Assembly (NCBI RefSeq): GCF_006345805.1
Contig: NC_043001.1
Coordinates: forward strand, 10,478,001-10,542,000
From: Octopus sinensis
Taxonomy: Eukaryota
Direction: 5' to 3'
Length of the DNA: 64,000 nucleotides
Each line of letters begins with the position of its first letter. Positions within the stretch are counted from its first letter, which is position 1. Positions 50,407 through 62,542 of this stretch are shown piece by piece. The position numbers and the translations under genes were made by a program. The notes under the pieces were generated by a model. The model had not been told where the DNA came from. It saw nothing but the letters and a program-made list of their open reading frames with translations, and did not search any database.

Positions 50407-51727
50407 CATGTTTGCATTATATAAAACATGTTTGCATTATATAAAACATGTATCTACTCTAAATTCAACTTTGTATGAGGGACGTTTCACAGCCATTTAT
50501 TCGTTTCCTTTGCAACTGTACATTTCTGAGCTCCTTCAACATTTCTAAACTTCCCAGTCTTATTTTCTGTGAAAAACATTTTAGATGCTTTTGTTATTAT
50601 TTCGTTGGGTCGTTTTTTCTTTTTTCTGTTTAAGATGAATATTATAAGAATTATGTCTGTTTTTCATTTGTTATCACCTTACTCCATATTATTTTTATTT
50701 ATTTACATTAGACATCAGGTTATTTTCAGTAAATCAGAAAATAATGTAGCTGTAGTGTCTGGTTAGTTTGTTGTTCAAGTATGCTTTCTGTTGGTGGATG
50801 TCTTTTGTTAAATATTATTTTTTATTTTCTAGCTTCCATGAGCAATTTTCTCCTTCTATTGGGAGTTTTATATAAATAGAGTTGTGTTGTTAACTCGCAT
50901 TTCTAGTTAGTTTATTTTTCTCTTCTGTATTCTTATGTTTTATAATGGCTCCTTGTTCTAGATGCATGGTGTGCTGACAAAAAAGTGAGGTACCTGTATG
51001 AATAATATAACTGATTATGAAGTTTAGAAATTTCATACTTGCCTATAAATTTTTAAATTACATTAGTCATATGAAATTTATTCAGCAGTTGGTAGATTTG
51101 TAGTCGAAGATATTTTAAAATTTAGATTTTTTTTTTGTTGTTTTGGACATAATATGACCGGTAGTTTTTGACAGAGTATAATACTTACAACCTTCTGTTT
51201 GATGAGTTCCTGATAACAGCTTTCATGTATTATGTAACCAAGATGTTTTCGGTTCATACAATATGTATATGTTGGTTTGGTATTTTTACTTAGTGTGTAA
51301 TTAATGTATTCAATTGGTTTCTACATTCTGGAGAGAACGGTCTATAATAAATTCGTTTTGTATATCTCTCACTGACTGGCATTTGTTTCACTCACTCAGC
51401 TTTTTCCTTTTCTTTTTTTTTTTTCTTGGTTTTGTAGTTTCTCTTTGTACAATAGAATCGAAAGTGCCTTATGAGTCGGTAGTTTATCGATAATGTTGTT
51501 TTTGAATTTCTCCTTTTCCGTCCATGTGGGCAGCATACACACAAACACATGCATCTATTTGCTGGTTTTGTAGTATAAAAGCCTACGAGTGTTAGCCCCC
51601 CCCCCCATGCTTGTCATCATCATCATTATTTTTAGTGTCCACTTTTCCATGTTTTTATGGGTCAGAAAGAGCTTATTGTCAGCCTTCACTTGTTTTTAAG
51701 TAAGGTTCCCCATGGCCAAATATGTTT

Positions 51728-52320
51728 CCTGTTTCTTTATTGCCCACAAAGGGCTAAACATAGAGGAGACAAACAAGTACAGACAAAGGGATTAAGTCGA
51801 TTATATCGCCCCCAGTGCATAACTGATACTTAATTTATCAACCCCGAAAGGATGAAAAGGCAAAGTCAATCTCGGCAGAATTTGAACTCAGAATGTAACG
51901 TCAGACGAAATACCTATTTCTTTACTACCCACAAGGGGCTAAACACAGAGAGGACAAACAAGGACAGACAAAGGGATTAAGTCGATTATATCGCCCCCAG
52001 TGCATAACTGGTACTTAATTTATCAACTCCGAAAGGATGAAAAGGCAAAGTCGATCTCGGCAGAATTTGAACTTAGAATGTAACGTCAGACGAAATACCT
52101 ATTTCTTTACTACCCACAAGGGGCTAAACACAGAGAAGACAAACAAAGACAGACAGATGGATTAAGTCGATTACATCGACATCAGTGCGTAACTGGTACT
52201 TAATTTATCAACCCCAAAAGGATGAAAGGCAAAGTCGATCTCGGCAGAATTTGAACTCAGAACGTAATGGCAGACGAAATAACGCTAAGCATTTCACCCG
52301 ACGTGCTAACGTTTCTGCCA
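51728..52320 (-). mobile_element. SINE type 3b trimer (one head, three body units)
   Basis: Two 185-bp units at 51728-51912 and 51913-52097, plus the head-bearing unit at 52098-52320. Confidence 0.92.
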
Positions 52321-52717
52321 CAGAATATTGGATTGGAGCAGTACTGCTTGTATAACAGTAACACTCGTTTACAACTATCACATGATGTTAAGATGCTGGA
52401 GATAAAAAAAAAAAATATATAGTGATACTTGTGTGCACACACTCCCACACACAAATATATGACAAACTTTTGGATGGAAATTCCTAAATCCATTAATGCA
52501 TTGCTTTGTATGTTTCCACATTGGAGTTAAATCAAATGCTCAACACTCCACCCTCACACTGCATGTACACTGAATTCAGGACAAAGAAATCCAAGACCAT
52601 TCACTTCTCTTATATTACTGATTCTACTCTCTCTTTTCCTCTTCCTATCCACACATGACCACTTGCACTGATTTAAATATAAAGTGAATCACTAACATGC
52701 ATCCACCCTCCCATTTT

Positions 52718-52720
<3 letters not shown>

Positions 52721-52762
<42 letters not shown>
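52721..52762. repeat. (TA)n microsatellite
   Basis: Seen directly in the sequence. Confidence 0.97.
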
Positions 52763-52767
<5 letters not shown>

Positions 52768-54599
52768 TCTTTACCCCTTCTCTTTCTAGAATCTGCCTTT
52801 GACATCGAATCTACTAACAGTTTTTTTTTAAATACTTAATAACGTTCTGTTTATCATAGTTATAATGTCTTGTTGTTGAGATAGGCTCTCTTTCTTTCCT
52901 GATGAGAAGATTACATTATTTTACACCGTTTATTCCTTTGGAACAAAACCAATGTTGTCTTCGAAACATATGTTGAAAGTAAAAGAATTTGAATAACACC
53001 TGCGTTCAACTCCATTTATTTACTTATACTATACAAATTACTGCACATTAACCCAGAGTTTCTACCTTTGAATAGGTCGCTACATCCTTGTTACTTGCGT
53101 GAATTTTGCTACCCTGGTAACTGTTTATTGAATATTCCATGGTAACGGTAAACAAAGGATAATTCATTCATCCATTTACTTATATATATATATATACATA
53201 CATACATACATATATACACACACACACTTGTGCTATATGTATATACATATGCATATTCCCCACCCAGCCTGCTCTAACCTATGCCAGCATGGAAAACGGA
53301 CATTAAACTATGATGATGATGATATATAAACACTCACACATTGATTTCTCTTTCATAGTATTCATTTTGCTTGATTGGCCTCTGCCATTCCTTTAACTCT
53401 TGATAATAGTATAATTTTCTTTTCCTCTAAGCTAGTTTAAGACATATGATGTAAAGTTTCCTATCTCCTATACTTCAGCTCTGTTGAGCATTTCCTTGAA
53501 GTTGATATTTTCTCTGGAAAAAGTCTAAAGTAAAATCTTCTACATCTGATTTTTTGCTAAATACCATCTGTTGTTACTAGAACACTATCATTAGGAGGAA
53601 TTTCAACCGTGTTTCGTGGTCTGCTACCACAACAGCTCCTTTATAGGAACCAGTTAGCTCAAGACATCATCAGGAGGAATCACGTCCGGTTTCGGCCCCT
53701 ATTCCTCTACCGTTTTGATGTGGCGGCCCCCCCCCTTTCGGAGGTGTCTTCAGCTCTGGTGTTGAGTGCATGTCTTCTTTCTTCTGTTCCCTGGCCTCTT
53801 CGATGTAGCGTCAACGAGTGTCAGCTGGCGACTGACTGACTTGTCAAATTTTTTCCCTTTAAATACCTGCTGCTAGGCTCCAGCAAGTTATCATGTGACA
53901 CAGTCTCAACTTTAACTGACCAATATTGTAGTAGGGTAAGAGACCTTTCTATTCCCATATTAATAGTTGATTGCAAACTAAGTTGTTTGAACGTTATTAT
54001 AAATCTTTTAGATTCTTTCAATTTTTGTGTCTCTGCCTTCTTGTTTAAGTTACTTTATGACATTTCTAAGTAATAATGATAAATATTGTCATTTAGATTT
54101 TTATTCTTAAAACATATTATTTTTAATTCAAGTTGAATTAAACTTTTGATTCCTGTGTCAGCCAGACTCAATAATTCACAGTTTGTTAAACAATTTCTTT
54201 TAATATTCTTCGAATGTTTCTATTTCTTTTGTAACACAGACAGTAAAAGGTATATAACTTCAGTTGCATACATAAAAAATGCTAACATACACACCCATAT
54301 ACAAATAAATACACGCACTCACATTTGCTCATATCTGTTCATAAGTATAAAATGAAATTTACCACAAAAATTAATTAATTTTGTGTCATTCTGAATACTT
54401 ATGATGGCTTCATGTTTGCAGCTATTCTGAGAATAATACATTAGGCCAATCCTCGTAAGAGAGTTTACTCATCTAATTTTACTTATTAAAGTGCAGCACT
54501 TGTTCCATTAGTAATATGATTAATTAAAACCAAAATTGTGATCATAAGTCAATGTTTGTAACTTTTCTTTAATTGGTTTTTTAATCTCGAGAGGATGTG

Positions 54600-55700
54600 G
54601 TTGTGCACTTGGTTTTTGGCTGGCCTCCTTTAATTGGTATAATTGATGCTATTAATGTTCCTCTTGAACTGATGAAAATTGGTGGCTGCAGATAAACGTA
54701 TGCAGGGAAAGAATTCCAGAGAGGCAACTCTTTCCTGGGCTGAATGATTTTTGTATGTGGGGTTTGCATGATGGAAACATGAAAGTGAATCAGAAATGCT
54801 TTTGTGGAGATGGCATAAGACCATCCAATTTTGAAATTTAAAACCTGCTGTAGCAGCAGAAGAAAAGCCAGGCGGAGGAAACGGCAGCATGTTGGAGTGT
54901 GTTGGGGAGTGACTTCATGTCAATCAGTCAGTTGGCCTTTCTTTGGATGCCATCAAGGTTATCTATGTGTAAGTTCATCGTTCATCATTTGACGTCCGCT
55001 TTCCATGCTGGCATGGGTTGGACGATTTTGACCGAGGTCTGGTGAACCAGATGGCTGCACCAGGCTCCAATCTTAATCTGGCAGAGTTTCTACAGCTGGA
55101 TGCCCTTCCTAATGCCAACCACTCCAAGAGTGTAGTGGGTGCTTTTTACATGCCACCGGCACAGGGGCCAGTTAGGCAATACTGGCAATGACCTCGATAA
55201 AAGTACCGCCATTCCAGATTGAGAGCTGCTCTCTGTTGTGGGTGTCATCTGAGCTTTGTAGAGGATAGATGGATGATGAGATCTCAAGTGTTTTCTGGTT
55301 CTGAGGCAGAAGATCAGTCTTTGTAATGTAGTCTTTACTATGTTGATGATGGGCATATGCTAGGAGAGATCTTCATTGAAGGTCAGGTTAAGCTTTTGAA
55401 GAGATTTTGAAACTTCTAGCTTTGTGATGTTTCTGTTATTTTTTATGGTGGGAGGTCCACAATTATGTCTTATTGTGTAATTGTAGTGTCTTTTCCGTGT
55501 TCGCGGAGACTAGATTTGCAGTACCACTGGAGAATGTTGAGTAGGTCAGCACCAAGGTTTTGAAGACTTAGTCATCATTGCTCTCAAAATATTTTATTCA
55601 GCTCTTAGGAGTGAGGAAACATCCTAGATTTTTGAAATGCATAAGTTTGTCTGTGCTTATGACACAGTGTGTCATCTCTTCAATTAGATAATGTAATAAT
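54600..55700 (-). mobile_element. Decayed CR1/Jockey-group LINE, RT C-terminus, interrupted at 54975-55195
   Basis: LNLTFNEDLS*HMPIINIVKTTLQRL...ILYKAQM and LWNSFPAYVY motifs. Confidence 0.78.
54975..55195 (-). mobile_element. RTE-tailed element nested in a CR1-like remnant
   Basis: Family consensus flanked on both sides by CR1-like RT-coding sequence. Confidence 0.82.
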
Positions 55701-58700
55701 TGTCGGAAGATATAGTAGTGAACTTCAAACAGTTAAGCTAGAAGATTTGAGGCTACTTTGAGTAAAATATAATTAATATTTATACAGAAAGTATATAATA
55801 TAATGACCCAATAATAGAAATAACTGTTGAAGGCTTGAAATTTATGTTATTTTGTTTTGGGTAGCATAGCCCTGAGTAAAATAGGATATTTTTCAATGAG
55901 AAAATAAATATCATGAGACTAAAGTGGATAATAGTCTATCGTGAAACAGTTGTAGGTATTCTTAATTTTATTATATATTTAGACACAAGGTGGCTGCATG
56001 CAATGGAAAAGATTTCATGGTTAATAGAAATTACTTTTCTGGTTTCTGTAATGCAATAAACAAAGATTAAATTAAACAGATGCAAGTGTATAATTGAAAT
56101 CACAATTTATGTTCCGGTGTAAAATGGAAATGAGAAATAAACTGAATATTGACATATTGTTGTTTAACCCTAGGTTAGCAATGATTGGACAAAATGGTTG
56201 AAGCATTTCAGCTTTGACCATCTTGGTTTTTTGGGTTTTTTTCTTGTTCATAGTGTGTCTAGGATCTTTGTCCTTTCATTTTTTTTTTCAAGTGGGATTT
56301 TATTTGAGGAAGATTTGGTTGCTATTTCTATCAAGCCAAGCAACCATGTAGAAGCTCCTTCATAGGCTTCAGGCAAGTCATACTCTACACAAACATTGTA
56401 AGTTTTCTGTAATTAACGAAGCTGACAAAGAGAATGTTGCACTGTAGATATATGAAAGAAATATTGTGAAATTAAGAATCGTTAATTAACATAGTTCGAA
56501 AAGCTAAAATTCTACCCTATCTCTAGATTGAGCAAATTTATAAATTTACTAAACTCATACACCTAGCAAATTGGCTGGGTTGTGGGATGCATTGCATTGT
56601 GGTATTTGTTCTGGCTTTCTGCACTCTGAGATCAAACCCTGCCAGGGCCAACTTTGTCTTTTATCCTTTCAGGAACCATAGAATAAAGTACCAGTACCTT
56701 GTGGTATTTGTACCTCCTCCTTGCAGTCTCTTTTCTTGAGTGGTAAACTCATTTTGTCACCTGGTTAACATCATCACCCAGTTTTTAGGTGACTTTAACA
56801 GAATTCCTTAACAGAATTTCAGGTGTCTACTTTGGACGTATAGCAAATTATGGTGCTATTACAAACCTGTAAGAGAGACCAGATGTCCTAAAGCCAAAAG
56901 AGAGGTTTTTGACTTGTTTATTATTGGCATAAAGTTCCTATAAAATTGCTTCAAAGAATTGGTAGCCATAAATTTAACCAAACATATGGTAGCAGGTGGA
57001 TGGCAAATTTCAGTTGAGACAAAGGGAAAATTCCTTATGGTGGTATTTTGCTATGTTCTGACCTTAAATCTGATTATTTTACAAAACTTGTTTGAGGTGA
57101 GTAAAATAATTACAAGTTATTAAAATTATTGTTGAGGTTAATGTTATTAAGATAGTGCTCCAGCATGGCTGCAGTGCAATGATCGAACCATGTAAAAGAA
57201 TGTTTGGTCTAAATGCTAATAATACATGGGCCCCATGCAAATTCCCATGCTAGCTCCACCTACCCCTACATGCAACCATATATTCAAAGAAATGCGAATT
57301 GCTTCAGTTTCACTTGAAAATAAGGTGGGTTTATGTGATGAAAGCACTTTTTAGAAGTGTTTGAATGAACTTGCCTATCACAATCATCTTCACCTTTGAC
57401 TTACTACAAATTGACAAGCCCTTTATAAATTATGGTTTTAATATCCTTATATTTTCATTTATTTTATAATCAATAAATGATTTTACACAATGTAACACTT
57501 TGTTCTATTATACATGGTCTGAATAGACTGCCTTCCAGAGAAGATTCATTATAAATTCTGAAGTAAATTTCAAATACTGATCTGCATTGTTAATCTTTGG
57601 CTATTTCCTTTCTCTTGAGTTCTAAAGTAAACCACTGTATCAAATTTGATTAAATCTAGCAAGTTGATTTCATTTCATTTTTAATTTTATGCACTTTATA
57701 AATATTAAATAAAAACAAACAATATTTATACTGATTGAAAATAAAATCTTCTTGCTCCCAGAGCAATTTTTTTAATATAAGGTTTGCAAGTTCCATATTG
57801 TCAATCTTCATGAAATCCTATAAGATTATAAAATTAATTGCCTATGTGAAAATAAACTAAAGTTTTATTTGTTTAAAAAATGGCTTGCTAATATTCCCCT
57901 AAGAATACCTTTTGTGAATGCAAAATTTCTCTTAAAATTGTAAATCCTTTTACTGTGACTTCTGTTAGCAAGTCAATATTTCATTTGCATGTTCATAGAT
58001 ATTGTGTTAATTTTTATTTATTAAATAAATCACCTTGTCAAAAACAGTTTAATTCTGAAAACTTGGCAGCTATAGTCATATGTTATTCATTTCTAGACAA
58101 GCAGAATTGAATACGATCAGCCTGTAGTGGTTTTAAATATCATCTTCCCCACCGACCCTCTTTCTTATTTCGCTTCTTTTAGTACCATCCATGATGGTCA
58201 TCTGTTTGGAATGTATTGTAGTGAAAACAACAGATCTGTTTTGCACACATCTTCATAGCCATAAACATAGGGCGTTTGCTTGGCTTAGACTTTTATTACT
58301 AACTTTCTGGATAATATTTATATTTAAGTTATAATCATTTTATTATCTCTCGGAATTACTTTAGTGTGGACCAGTCATTCATATTTTCTGCTTCTGAAAT
58401 TTTAGTACAGAATTAATAAAGATAACTTTTAGAAAGTTTATCGAAATTCCGATGTGTTTAGTTGAACATATGTTGGCCATATACAAATTGGAAGAAAAAT
58501 GAGATTTTATCCATGAAGGGAAAATGTGCAGTGATCCATGGCTTCAGTAAGGAAAACAATGAGAAGCTGTCAGAGAATACATGAAAATAATATCCTCAAA
58601 TGTAGAATTGCATTTGTGTTATATGATATTGGCTGTGCTCTGATGCAAGAATCTGACTGGTCAGTGTAATATTCTAATCAGTTAAGCAGTCTATATCTGC

Positions 58701-59601
58701 AACTGTCAAAGTTACTGAAGTAAGTTGATGGGGGCCTTGGATACTTTTCTTATTGTGCAATCTATGACCACTGCTCTAGACTATGTTGTAATTGGAGATT
58801 TTTCTGATGTATTTGAAAGATACATAACAAATAAGTGTTGGTTATATATGGCTGTGCTAAAGAAGCCTAGCATTATTGATGTACTACGAGAGATTCTTTT
58901 AGTTGGTAGATGTCAAAACACATTTATTTATTTCAGTGAAGAAGCCATTTTGTCAATTTGTTAGAAGCAACTAAGTAATGAACAAAGAAGTTTTGCTAAA
59001 ATTTGAATTGCAGCAGACTACAACAATAGAATAATTCTTCATTCCTCATTACTGTAATGTTTGATTAACCTTGCCATCCCACACTTGTAAACATGATCAA
59101 ATGAGTAGTTTTAAAGATCAAAAGTAAATGTGACATCAGGCAATAGGATAAATAAGACTGAAGATCAGAACAGCTTTGACCCAAATCATTTCATTAATGA
59201 AATTAGTTTTTAGAATAGCTGAGTAATACTCATGACATCTTACTTCAAAGCCAAAGGGCAGACATAAGAATCTTTGCATTTTCTTCATCTGAATGAAAAA
59301 TCTCAAGAAATCGACTGAGAGAGCGAGAGAGAAAGATTTTGTCTCTTCCCATTTAATATACTTATCATAAAGCACACTTCCTGTAAAATAACATAATAGC
59401 AGCAAATATAACTGTAGTAAATAGTGAAAGTTAATGGAAAATTTAGAGAATTACTAAATTGTATTTGAGTTGTAGTTCCATGTGGTTACAAATAATGAAT
59501 GTTAAGTAGTGTGCTTCACATCAGACTTCTATTTATAAACAATAAGATATAATCTTCTACTTTAATATCTACATTTTTTCACAGAACAAACATTCTTGTA
59601 T

Positions 59602-59937
59602 TTCATTTTTGGATTTGGTTTGCAACATTCTTTATATGAGTTCGTGTGTTGAAGCATATTCTGTTGTGTCTGGGGAGAGTCATTTTTTCTTTTTGTGCCT
59701 TATAATATAACACACTCACCTGTAAAATTTCCACTTTTTTCTTATTTTTATTTTCCTGGAAATTTTCGTTGCATCTTGCAACCTTTTTAATAGACTTAAG
59801 AGTGAAGACTATTGAAAAGGTTGCAAGACGCAACGAAAATTTTAGGAAAATAAAAATAAGTAAAAAGTGGAAATTTTACCGGTGAGTGTGTTACATAATA
59901 AGGCACAAGAAGAAAATGACTCTCCCCAGACACAATA
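59602..59937. mobile_element. Fold-back element with arms of about 130 bp and a 14-bp TSD
   Basis: Arms 59664-59793 and 59809-59935. aaacattcttgtat at 59588-59601 and 59938-59951. Confidence 0.85.
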
Positions 59938-60693
59938 AAACATTCTTGTATAAACCACCAAAATATTAAAACTTCATTTATTCTCTGTACTAATATAATT
60001 TACCAGCAAAAAATATTACTACTGGACTAGCCGTATGTAAATTCTGTAAGTGAATAACCCTTTAAAAAAATAAATGTTAAACTTAACCATTTAGTTAACA
60101 GCCACAGTACCATTGAAGATGATTCGGTGCTTATAGATACGGCAATATATCAGTCTCAGACAAATGTGGCATTTATCTGTGTAATTAAGATTCGGTTCCT
60201 CAAGAATTTCTCAGACACAATATTTGGTCATTTTGCTTCACCTCAAAGCTAATGCAGGAGCCTCTACAATGTCACTCAACTTGCTAGAAATGACAGTCAA
60301 ACCTCTATCAAATCACATCCTACTGTCTTCAAAGAAGAAAAACACATTCAACAATGTATCCCCTAATATATAAAAAAAAATGAGATGGCGGTAGCTGGAA
60401 CATTTTTGCTCACAGATTTACTTAGTCGATGCTAACCTGGGGCTAGACAACAGAACTAAAAGCTTCAAGTGTGTTCTGTAGGTGTACTTATAGGATAGAA
60501 CCATGCTAATATAGGCTTAGTATGTTTCAATTATATAATTATCACATGTGGGAAGGGTTCACACTTTCACTTGGACTTCTTACAAACCGACACACACACA
60601 CTATATATATATATAGATTCAAATGAATATGGTACTTAAGTCAGAGGCACCGGAATTTTGTATGGTATTATCCATATAAATCCATGGGGTGAT

Positions 60694-60845
60694 TATAATC
60701 AAAATAAGCAACATGAATAACTTCGGTAATTTGATACGATCATTTCACGCTACTTCATTTTATTAATACTTACAATATTTAATAAAATGAAGTAACATGA
60801 AACGATCGTACCAAATTACCGAAGATATACTTGTTGCTTATTTTG

Positions 60846-60851
<6 letters not shown>
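60694..60851. repeat. Long palindromic hairpin abutting (TA)n
   Basis: 46-bp inner stem (60721-60766 with 60779-60824, 4 mismatches) plus a 20-bp outer stem. Confidence 0.88.
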
Positions 60852-60891
<40 letters not shown>

Positions 60892-61327
60892 GTACATATA
60901 TACACATATACATGCATTTGCATTAATTTTGCTTTATATCACCACAGTGGCTATTGGTTATAGATTCATTTCATTTCCAAAGTCAAGAGATTGTCTGTAA
61001 TTTGGTGTGGATCATATATTACAATGGACTCTGTTCAGAAGCCGAGTCTTCTCACTTCAGTTTATGTCTTCCACTGAGATGCATCAACAAACTCATGCAC
61101 ACAATGATGGGTGTCTGTGAAATTTCTGTCCACCAAATCCCACTTAAGGTTATGGTACTAAATCCAATAACATTTCAAAATCAATATGAAACTAGACAAA
61201 CCAGCCTTTGCAGAAGAAAATATAAAAAGTGCTGCAACATAATACACTGTAATCTATACATACAGAATAGCCCAAGCTTTAGCATTGGAACCTTAATATA
61301 ATGAGATACAATCATATGTAGAGGGGG

Positions 61328-61694
61328 GGAAGCACTCCGTTGGTTACGATGACGAGGGTTCCGGTTGATCCGATCAATGGAACAGCCTGCTCGTGAAATT
61401 AACGTGTAAGTAGCTGAGCACTCCACAGACACGTGTACCCTTAACGTAGTTCTCGGGGATATTCAGCGTGACACAGAGAGTGATAAGGACGGCCCTTTGA
61501 TATACAGGTACAACAGAAACAGGAAGTAAGAGTGAGAGAAAGTTGTGGTGAAAGAGTACAGCAGGGATCACCACCATCCCCTGTCGGAGTCTCATGGAGC
61601 TTTTAGGTGTTTTCGCTCAATAAACACTCACAACGCCCGGTCTGGGAATTGAAACCGCGAGTCCGCTGCCCTAACCACTGGGCCATTGTGCCTC
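61328..61694 (-). mobile_element. tRNA-headed SINE type 4
   Basis: Near-identical to 50026-50406. Imperfect 13-bp TSD aatca(t/c)atgtaga at 61310-61322 and 61699-61711. Confidence 0.9.
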
Positions 61695-61834
61695 CACTAA
61701 TCACATGTAGAATGTCCTTTTGATAGGTAAACATGGAAAACATGGTCTTATTTTCTTCTTCTTTCCGATTTGTTTTCATATTGAAGTTTAGGATCACTAT
61801 TGCCAACTTTATTTTCAAGTAAAGCAACATGAAT

Positions 61835-62187
61835 ATCAAAATCAAATCAAATTACAATCAAATGGAAATTGTAGTTGTGAACCCCGTGCCGGTAGCATGT
61901 AAAAAGCACTATTCGAACATGGCTGATGCCAGTGCCAACCTGACTGGCGTCTGTGTTGGTGGCACATAAAACACACCATCCAATCGTGGCCGATGCCAGC
62001 CTACCCTGGCACCTGTGCTGGTGGCACATAAAAAGTACCCACTACACTCTCAGTGGTTGGCATTAGGAAGGGCATCCAGCTGTAGAAACTCTGCCAGATC
62101 AGATTGGGGCCTAATGCAGCCTCCTAGCTTCCCAAACTCCAGTCAAACCATCCAGCATGGGAAACAGACGTTAAACAATGATGATGT
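61835..62187 (+). mobile_element. RTE-tailed non-autonomous element with (ATCAA)n 5' terminus
   Basis: atcaaaatcaaatcaaat...caaatggaa, three internal repeats and a (GAT)n tail. Confidence 0.85.
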
Positions 62188-62311
62188 AACCTGCTTTAAC
62201 ATCGCTACACTACATCCCCAGGTGCCTATCGTAGAGTAGACACTGTTGCCAGTATTCAAGTCAGATCCTTAGTCTGAGAATGACTTACTTAAACTCCACT
62301 GGTACTTGAGA

Positions 62312-62542
62312 GGCGGCGAGCTGGCAGAAACGTTAGCACGCCGGGCGAAATGCTTAGCGGTATTTCGTCTGCCGCTACGTTCTGAGTTCAAATTCTGCCA
62401 AGGTCGACTTTGCCTTTCATCCTTTCAGGGTCGATTAAATAAGTACCAGTTACACACTGGGGTCGATGTAATCGACTTAATCTGTTTGTCTGTCCTTGTT
62501 TGTCCTCTCTGTGTTTAGCCCCTTGTGGGTAGTAAAGAAATA
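62312..62542 (+). mobile_element. SINE type 3b monomer with 11-bp TSD
   Basis: ggtacttgaga at 62301-62311 and ggtatttgaga at 62543-62553. A box ggcgagctggcagaa, B box gagttcaaattc. Confidence 0.92.

Noticed and set aside
59244-59380. Minus-strand exon-like segment (ttttacag| ... gaa|gtaaga) inside ORF 59136-59405
   Set aside because: No recognisable protein similarity and no partner exons; such sites arise by chance in AT-rich DNA.
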